64,000 nt of DNA from SAR86 cluster bacterium (GTDB lineage: Bacteria; Pseudomonadota; Gammaproteobacteria; Magnimaribacterales; AG-339-G14). Numbering within the stretch: position 1 is the stretch's first letter; each line of letters starts with the position of its first letter. This document shows positions 58,125 through 64,000 of this stretch, piece by piece. Under the pieces are notes generated by a model that worked only from the letters and a program-made list of their open reading frames with translations, was not told where the DNA came from and did not search any database. The position numbers were made by a program, and so were the translations under genes. The DNA lies in NCBI GenBank assembly GCA_028140145.1, contig JAOIOC010000004.1:17067-81066 (forward strand). Direction: 5' to 3'.

Positions 58125-59366
58125 ATGATTATTCAATCACTCATAGGAATAATTTTATTAATTTTGATTGCTCTTCCTTTTAGTGAATCTATTCAGGAAA
58201 TAAAAGTTAAATTCATAATTTATGCATTATTAATACAAACTTCTTTAGCTTTTATCCTTTTAGAGATACCGTTTATATCGTCCTTTTTTGACGTAATGAG
58301 TATTGCTGTTGAGTCATTACGATTATCAGCAATTGAAGGAAGCTCATTTGTTTTTGGTTATCTTGGTGGAGGGGAAGCACCCTTCGAAGTTTCGAATAAT
58401 CAGAATTTACCGATATTCGCATTTACTTTCCTGCCAATGTTAATTTTTTTATCTGCTCTTTCCGCTTTGTTGTGGCACTGGAAAATATTGCCTTTTCTTA
58501 TAAAGCTTTTAGCAAAATTATTTGAGAAGCCCTTAGATGCAAAAGGACCTATTGGGTTAGCTGCAACAGCTAATATATTTTTAGGACAATTAGAAGCTCC
58601 TTTATTGATTAAGCCTTATTTAAATAAAATGAATCAGAGAGATTTGCTTATTATCATGACAGTTGGAATGTCGACCATTGCTGGAAGCGTTATGGTTTTA
58701 TACATTACTTGGCTAGATGATAAATTTTTGGGTGTCATAGGTCATTTCTTAACAGCATCTATTTTGTCCGTTCCTGCAGCAATAATGTTTTCAAATATAT
58801 TGATACCCTCTGCTCAAACCGAATTAAAGACCGCTAAAGAAGATTTAAAGATGTATGAGAGTTCAATGGATGCAATCAGCGTTGGTACAAAAGATGGATT
58901 AAACATGTTCTTGTCTGTAATAGCTTCGCTTATAGTTTTTTTAAGCTTGGTAGCTTTGGCAGATTTCATATTGGGTATCTTTCCAAATGTTTATGGGGAG
59001 CCTATATCTCTTCAGAGAATTGCAGCTTTTATTTTTGCTCCAATTGCCTGGTTAATGGGGATACCTTTTTCTGAAATTATTCCTGCTGGAAATCTTTTAG
59101 GGACAAAAACAATTTTTAATGAACTGATCGCCTTTAATGATTTAAGAGATTTAGATACCAATATCTTAAGCGAAAGAAGTCAGTTAATAATGCTTTATGG
59201 AATCTGTGGTTTTGCAAATATATCTAGTGTTGGCATCCTTCTGGGAGGTCTCTCAGCAATATGTCCAGATATTAGAGGCACGTTATTAAAAATTGCTTTT
59301 AGAGCACTTTTTGCTGCTACACTTGCCTCCTGCCTAACCGGAACAATAGTCAGTCTTTTTATTTAA
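58125..59366 (+). CDS. Concentrative nucleoside transporter (NupC/CNT family)
   Basis: Collinear with my memory of E. coli NupC, for example LGTKTIFNELIAF vs MATKLVSNEFVAM, and FANISSVGILLGGL vs FANFSSIGIIAGAV. Confidence 0.85.
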   Translation: MIIQSLIGIILLILIALPFSESIQEIKVKFIIYALLIQTSLAFILLEIPFISSFFDVMSIAVESLRLSAIEGSSFVFGYLGGGEAPFEVSNNQNLPIFAFTFLPMLIFLSALSALLWHWKILPFLIKLLAKLFEKPLDAKGPIGLAATANIFLGQLEAPLLIKPYLNKMNQRDLLIIMTVGMSTIAGSVMVLYITWLDDKFLGVIGHFLTASILSVPAAIMFSNILIPSAQTELKTAKEDLKMYESSMDAISVGTKDGLNMFLSVIASLIVFLSLVALADFILGIFPNVYGEPISLQRIAAFIFAPIAWLMGIPFSEIIPAGNLLGTKTIFNELIAFNDLRDLDTNILSERSQLIMLYGICGFANISSVGILLGGLSAICPDIRGTLLKIAFRALFAATLASCLTGTIVSLFI

Positions 59367-59369
59367 ATT

Positions 59370-60392
59370 ATGGAAATCTTATTTGAGTATTTAATCTTCT
59401 TGTTAAAAGCACTAACAGTAGCCGTAGCTATAGTTATCCCGATTCTAATAATCATTAGCTCTATAAAATCCAGTTCTGTTTCTTCTTCTGGAGGTTTGCG
59501 TGTTAAAAATCTCTCTACTAAATATGCTAATACTGCTGATGATCTAAAACTTTCAGTTTTATCGGCAAAAGAGAGGAAAGTTTTAGAGAAAAACATAAAA
59601 AAAGAGAATAAAAACAAAAAAAAGGAAAAGGTATCCCGAAAGCATATTTTTGTTTTAAATTTTAATGGTGACATTGAGGCATCCCAAGTTGAGGAGCTAA
59701 GAGAAGAAATATCATCAATCCTTAATGCTGATACTAAGTGTCAGGAAGTTGTGTTGAACTTAGAAAGTGGAGGAGGGACAGTCATCGGGTACGGTCTTGC
59801 AGCTGCTCAATTATCTCGTCTTAAAGATTCAAAGATTAAATTAACTGTTTGTATCGATAAAGTTGCTGCATCTGGAGGTTATATGATGGCATGCATCGCA
59901 GATAAAATTATAGCTTCACCATTCGCGCTTATTGGGTCTATTGGAGTTATAGGAGCTGTTCCAAATTTCAATAAACTGCTTAAGAAAAATAATATTGAAT
60001 ATGAAATGCATACAGCAGGTGAATATAAAAGAACAATAACTATGTTTGGAGAAAATACAGACGAAGGTAGAGAAAAATTCAAAGATGACTTGGCAAATAT
60101 TCATGAACTATTTAAAAAACATGTCGCTAAATATCGTCCATCTTTGGATGTTAATAAAGTTGCTACCGGAGAAGTCTGGCAGGGTATTGAGGCTATAGAA
60201 GTTGGTTTAGTTGATAAAATCCAGACAAGTGATTCTTATCTTATTGAACAAAACAAAAAATTTGATATTTTTGAAGTTTCCTTCAAACCTAAAAAAAATA
60301 TGCAAGATAGGTTTTCTAGATTCCTAAGTTTTTCTATTACCAGGACTATCAATAAAATTTTTGAGAATTTTTCAAAACAAAAATTTATGTAA
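59370..60392 (+). CDS. sohB: Peptidase S49 family protease SohB
   Basis: N-terminal TM, a Lys-rich linker, and S49 core CIDKVAASGGYMMA containing the nucleophile Ser. The length matches SohB. Confidence 0.8.
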   Translation: MEILFEYLIFLLKALTVAVAIVIPILIIISSIKSSSVSSSGGLRVKNLSTKYANTADDLKLSVLSAKERKVLEKNIKKENKNKKKEKVSRKHIFVLNFNGDIEASQVEELREEISSILNADTKCQEVVLNLESGGGTVIGYGLAAAQLSRLKDSKIKLTVCIDKVAASGGYMMACIADKIIASPFALIGSIGVIGAVPNFNKLLKKNNIEYEMHTAGEYKRTITMFGENTDEGREKFKDDLANIHELFKKHVAKYRPSLDVNKVATGEVWQGIEAIEVGLVDKIQTSDSYLIEQNKKFDIFEVSFKPKKNMQDRFSRFLSFSITRTINKIFENFSKQKFM

Positions 60393-61848
60393 TTAGAGAA
60401 AATTGGTTTTCTAATTCACTTAAAGCTTTTTTTAATTCTGATGTGGTTTTCGATCTAGAAAATAGGTATTTATCAGGTCTAATCAATAAGTAGTTAGCAC
60501 CCTCAAAATAATTTTTAAGTTTAGGATGAGTGACTATTAGAACCTTAATATTCATTTGTTTTAAAATTAAATCTATTTCTTTTGTTAATTTTTTTTTGCT
60601 AATCAAGCCAAAATTCCATCCAAAATATCCATCACTATCTTTTTTAGAACCATCTAAATCAAATCTACAAAATGGAGTAGCGATAAGTCCATCAGTTGGA
60701 TCTCCATAATATCCATTTGTTAAATGAGGAAAAACTTCACCATAGCCAGTGTTGGAGGGAATATATTTTTCTCCTTTTTCTTTGTAAGAAAATTGCTCCA
60801 TCATTTCACCAATTATTTTAGCTTGTTGAATAGTCCAATTAGCATGAGGTTCTCTTTCAAGTTGATAAGTTTCAAGAAGGTTTTCACCAGCCTTACCTTT
60901 TATTACTAAATAAATTTTCCAAGCTAAATTAAATACATCTCTTATACCTGTTCCCATTCCAGCGCCAAGAAATGGTGGCATTTGATGTGCCGCATCACCT
61001 GCAATAAATATATTTTTATCTCTCCATTTATCTGCGATACAGGCATGAAATTTATAAACCACTGCTCTTTCTATTTTGCTGTTATTTCTATTTATCCAAG
61101 GTGATAAAAGTTCCCATACTTTCTTTTTTGTGAAATCTTTTTCTGATTCTCCTTTAAGAAGCTTAAATTCAAATCTTTCATGATTTCTTCTGCCAGGAAC
61201 ATATGTCTTTAATCGATTAGGATCACATATTTGCTGCACTTCATCCTTGGAAATATTTAATTTTTTTGTTGTATGAGCATCGATAACAATCCAATCTTGA
61301 TCAAAACCAAAATCAATTAACCTTGCTTTGATATGTTTTCTGACAAAACTATTTGCACCATCACAACCAACAAGATATTTACAACAAATTGATGAATTTT
61401 CTCTATTATTTCTAACATTTAATCTTATGGGATTTTTGTTCTCAATATTTACCAATTCAGTATTTTCTAAAATTTCTAACTTTTTGTATTTTCTATTGTT
61501 TGTTCTAATTATGGTCTCGAGTTCTGGTTGATAAAAAAGAAGAGTAGGAGGCCATCCTAAAGTATCCTCTTTGGGGACATTAATCGTTGAATAAGGATTG
61601 AACTCTGAATCTGTAAAATGAACTCTGCAGATCTTTCTTGAATTTGAAATAACTTTAGATGCAATATTAAGAAAATTAAATGTTCTTAGTTGCTCAGAAT
61701 CAGTGTTAATTGCTCTTGCGGTTGGACTAACTCCCTCATTTTTTTCTATAACAACTACACTGAGCCCAAGAGAGGATAGTAAGCCAGCTAAAGTTGCACC
61801 AACTGGACCGTAACCAATAATTCCAATATCAAAAATTTTGTCGGACAT
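60385..61848 (-). CDS. FAD-dependent aromatic hydroxylase (MhpA-like)
   Basis: IIGYGPVGATLA, CDGANS, and GDAAHQMPPFLGAGMGTGIRD, as in 3-(3-hydroxyphenyl)propionate hydroxylase-type enzymes. Confidence 0.8.
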   Translation of the reverse strand: MSDKIFDIGIIGYGPVGATLAGLLSSLGLSVVVIEKNEGVSPTARAINTDSEQLRTFNFLNIASKVISNSRKICRVHFTDSEFNPYSTINVPKEDTLGWPPTLLFYQPELETIIRTNNRKYKKLEILENTELVNIENKNPIRLNVRNNRENSSICCKYLVGCDGANSFVRKHIKARLIDFGFDQDWIVIDAHTTKKLNISKDEVQQICDPNRLKTYVPGRRNHERFEFKLLKGESEKDFTKKKVWELLSPWINRNNSKIERAVVYKFHACIADKWRDKNIFIAGDAAHQMPPFLGAGMGTGIRDVFNLAWKIYLVIKGKAGENLLETYQLEREPHANWTIQQAKIIGEMMEQFSYKEKGEKYIPSNTGYGEVFPHLTNGYYGDPTDGLIATPFCRFDLDGSKKDSDGYFGWNFGLISKKKLTKEIDLILKQMNIKVLIVTHPKLKNYFEGANYLLIRPDKYLFSRSKTTSELKKALSELENQFSLIT

Positions 61849-61871
61849 TTAAAATATTTTAGAATAAAAAG

Positions 61872-62843
61872 ATGATTAAAGTTATAGATGTTGCATACCC
61901 TATTTTGCAAGTACCAAGTTTAAATAAGCAGGAAGCATTTCTTAAAGATTTTGGATTAGTTACTACAAAAAAGACTAATACTGAACTTTACATGCAAGGT
62001 TTGGGTCCACATAAATTTATACATAAGACAATAAAAGGAAAAAAGAAATTTATTGGCTCTGCTTTTTATGCAAAATCGATAAACGACTTAAATAAATTAT
62101 CTAAATCAGAAGATTTTAGCGAAGTAAAAAAATTAAAATCTCCTGGAGGCGGTTTTGTGGTCGAAGCCCTCGATCCAGATGGCTTGAAAGTTGAAGTGAT
62201 ATTTGGCATGAAAACGAAAAAGTTTAATAAGAAAGATCTCATTGCAGAACCATTTAATTCTGGAGGAATTGGAAAAGAAACTAGCCTAAGAAAAAATCAA
62301 CCTAGAAGAGTTGGCAAGCCTCGAAGTTCTAAAATAAAAAAACTTGGGCATCTAGCAATCAACGTTAGTGATCCATCCGTTTCTTTTGATTGGTATAACA
62401 AACATTTAGGTCTTATTCCTTCCGATAAAGTGGAACTAGGTAAAGGCTCTGGTATTTATGTAGCTCTATTTTGTAGATGTGATCTTGGAAAAAAATTAAC
62501 TGATCATCATTCATTTCTACTGCAGAGTAACCTTTCATCCGATCTCATAAGTGGATTAAACCACTGCGCCTATGAAGTTGTTGAAGTGGATGACATTTTT
62601 TTAGGTCATGAAGTTCTAAAAGATAAAAATTATAAACATGAATGGGGTATAGGAAGACACTATGCAGGAAGTCAAATTTTCGACTATTGGCGTTCTCCCT
62701 ACGGGCACGTTCATGAACATCAAACTGATGGAGATTTGTTTGATAATCAAGTAAAACCAGGAGTAATTGACATTTCAGAAGCTGCAGGAATGCAATGGGG
62801 ACCAGATATTACCAAGACATTTGGTAATTCTGAGGGCGTTTAG
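61872..62843 (+). CDS. Two-domain VOC-fold extradiol ring-cleavage dioxygenase-like protein
   Basis: KLGHLAINVSDPSVSFDWYNKHLGL, HHSFLL and LNHCAYEV suggest the His/His/Glu pattern of type I extradiol dioxygenases. Confidence 0.7.
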   Translation: MIKVIDVAYPILQVPSLNKQEAFLKDFGLVTTKKTNTELYMQGLGPHKFIHKTIKGKKKFIGSAFYAKSINDLNKLSKSEDFSEVKKLKSPGGGFVVEALDPDGLKVEVIFGMKTKKFNKKDLIAEPFNSGGIGKETSLRKNQPRRVGKPRSSKIKKLGHLAINVSDPSVSFDWYNKHLGLIPSDKVELGKGSGIYVALFCRCDLGKKLTDHHSFLLQSNLSSDLISGLNHCAYEVVEVDDIFLGHEVLKDKNYKHEWGIGRHYAGSQIFDYWRSPYGHVHEHQTDGDLFDNQVKPGVIDISEAAGMQWGPDITKTFGNSEGV

Positions 62844-62856
62844 TTGTATTTTAGGA

Positions 62857-63237
62857 ATGAAATATTTAATTATTCTTTTATTTACACCCTTTCTTTTTTC
62901 AATGGATATGAAATTAAATTGTGAGAATGTTCAAAGCGTCCATTACGAAAAAGGAAAAAAAACCATTGACCAGACTAGAATGGTATTAATTTACGAAATA
63001 GATTTTAAAAAAAATGAAATTCTAAAATACCCTCAAAAATTTAAACTAACACCTCTGAAATACAAAATTACAGGAAAGAGTAAGAAATTTATTAAAGCTA
63101 ATAAAAAAATTGCCAATTTAAATAATTCTTATGGCAATTGGAATTTGATGCTTGATATTGAAAAAGGTGAATTAAAAGAAATATTCGATTCAGGAAAACA
63201 TAAAAGCCAAATTACTTACAGATGTCTGACTTATTGA
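62857..63237 (+). CDS. Small secreted protein, function unknown
   Basis: MKYLIILLFTPFLFS looks like a signal peptide. Start moved to ATG 62857 because the track ORF overlaps the dioxygenase by 77 nt. Confidence 0.4.
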   Translation: MKYLIILLFTPFLFSMDMKLNCENVQSVHYEKGKKTIDQTRMVLIYEIDFKKNEILKYPQKFKLTPLKYKITGKSKKFIKANKKIANLNNSYGNWNLMLDIEKGELKEIFDSGKHKSQITYRCLTY

Positions 63238-63239
63238 AT

Positions 63240-63860
63240 CTAATTAGTTCTTGCTGTTCCCCAATAATTAAAACCCGCAATTCTAGGCGTACCTGGAAGG
63301 AACATTGTCTCTAGATCTACAATCTCTAATTTTGAGTTAGAAATTATTTCAGGTATGTCCCTATTGATATTGCATCCTCCCATTAACCTTTTCCAAATAG
63401 GATTTATCCTATCTTGCCAATTCTTTGTTTTTAGGTCGGGAGCAATTCCGTGTTCGCAAAAAAATAGTGTTCCATCATCCTTGATTACTCTTCTTATTTC
63501 CTTCATCGAGTCGTCTAAGTTTTCAATAGAGCACAAGGTATAAGTAACAAGTATTGAATCAAAGGATTTTGATTCTAGTGGAATTTCTTCAGCTCCACAG
63601 TTTATTACATCAATATCGAGATCTAATTCAGAAATTCTTTTTTTTGCAATATCAGTTAATTCTTCTGCTGGATCTAAAGCAGTTATGTTGCTTATATTGG
63701 AAACATTGTAATGTGGAAGATTCAATCCAGAGCCAATTCCAATTTCAAGAACATTACCACTTACTTTAGGAACAATTTTTTTTCTCTGATAATTAATAGG
63801 AGATGATCCGCAAAGCAAATCAAGAACTTTGGGTAATATTTTTTTTTCGTAAAAACTCAT
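63240..63860 (-). CDS. Class I SAM-dependent methyltransferase
   Basis: Motif [12 protein letters not shown], an acidic post-I residue (LDPAE), and a Methyltransf_11-like size. Confidence 0.85.
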   Translation of the reverse strand: MSFYEKKILPKVLDLLCGSSPINYQRKKIVPKVSGNVLEIGIGSGLNLPHYNVSNISNITALDPAEELTDIAKKRISELDLDIDVINCGAEEIPLESKSFDSILVTYTLCSIENLDDSMKEIRRVIKDDGTLFFCEHGIAPDLKTKNWQDRINPIWKRLMGGCNINRDIPEIISNSKLEIVDLETMFLPGTPRIAGFNYWGTARTN

Positions 63861-63895
63861 TAATTCAATTATATTGTATTTTTAACCTTTTAGAC

Positions 63896-64000
63896 TTGGC
63901 TAAATTATATTTTAATTATTCATCTATGAATGCTGGTAAATCAACAGCATTGCTTCAGGCAAGCCATAATTATCAAGAGCGAGGAATGGATACACTGATA
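63896..64000 (+). CDS. tdk: Thymidine kinase (3' end outside window)
   Basis: Reading from TTG 63896 gives [36 protein letters not shown]. coli Tdk begins [31 protein letters not shown]. Confidence 0.85.
   Translation, partial: MAKLYFNYSSMNAGKSTALLQASHNYQERGMDTLI

Noticed and set aside
59560-59640. A/G-rich low-complexity stretch (AAAAAGAGAATAAAAACAAAAAAAAGGAAAAGG)
   Set aside because: It encodes the Lys/Glu-rich linker of SohB (KKENKNKKKEK) in frame. It is not a repeat element or a regulatory region.
62767-62856. N-terminal extension of the small secreted-protein ORF into the dioxygenase gene
   Set aside because: It overlaps the dioxygenase 3' end in another frame. A signal-peptide-like sequence begins at the internal ATG 62857.

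Overview
Both strands are almost fully coding. The DNA is AT-rich (about one-third G+C by eye) with very short or overlapping gene junctions. I call about 65 protein genes, 4 tRNAs (Ala-GGC, Ser-GGA, Arg-ACG, Gly-UCC) and 3 hairpin terminators. The ORF track missed csrA because it is shorter than 60 aa. The gene order trxB / ftsK-lolA-serS, csrA followed by tRNA-Arg, and sohB, tatD and tdk point to a streamlined marine gammaproteobacterium. SAR86-like is a guess, not a demonstrated placement. I see no transposase, integrase, phage gene, CRISPR array, toxin-antitoxin pair or recognisable defence system, so this looks like core chromosome rather than an island. I cannot point to one clear-cut novel system. 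The most interesting signals are: (1) a dense set of close homologues of animal lipid, steroid and xenobiotic enzymes (COMT, paraoxonase, soluble epoxide hydrolase, steroid 5-alpha-reductase, HSD17B4/MFE-2 dehydrogenase, AMACR, P450, Spinster-like MFS); (2) a transporter-rhomboid-DUF3604-transporter block of unknown function; (3) a P450-DUF1295-SRD5A cluster; (4) extreme gene packing, with tRNAs 8-22 nt upstream of ORF starts, divergent start codons 1 nt apart and overlapping convergent stops. Every product call rests on motifs I recognised by eye. No database search was run.
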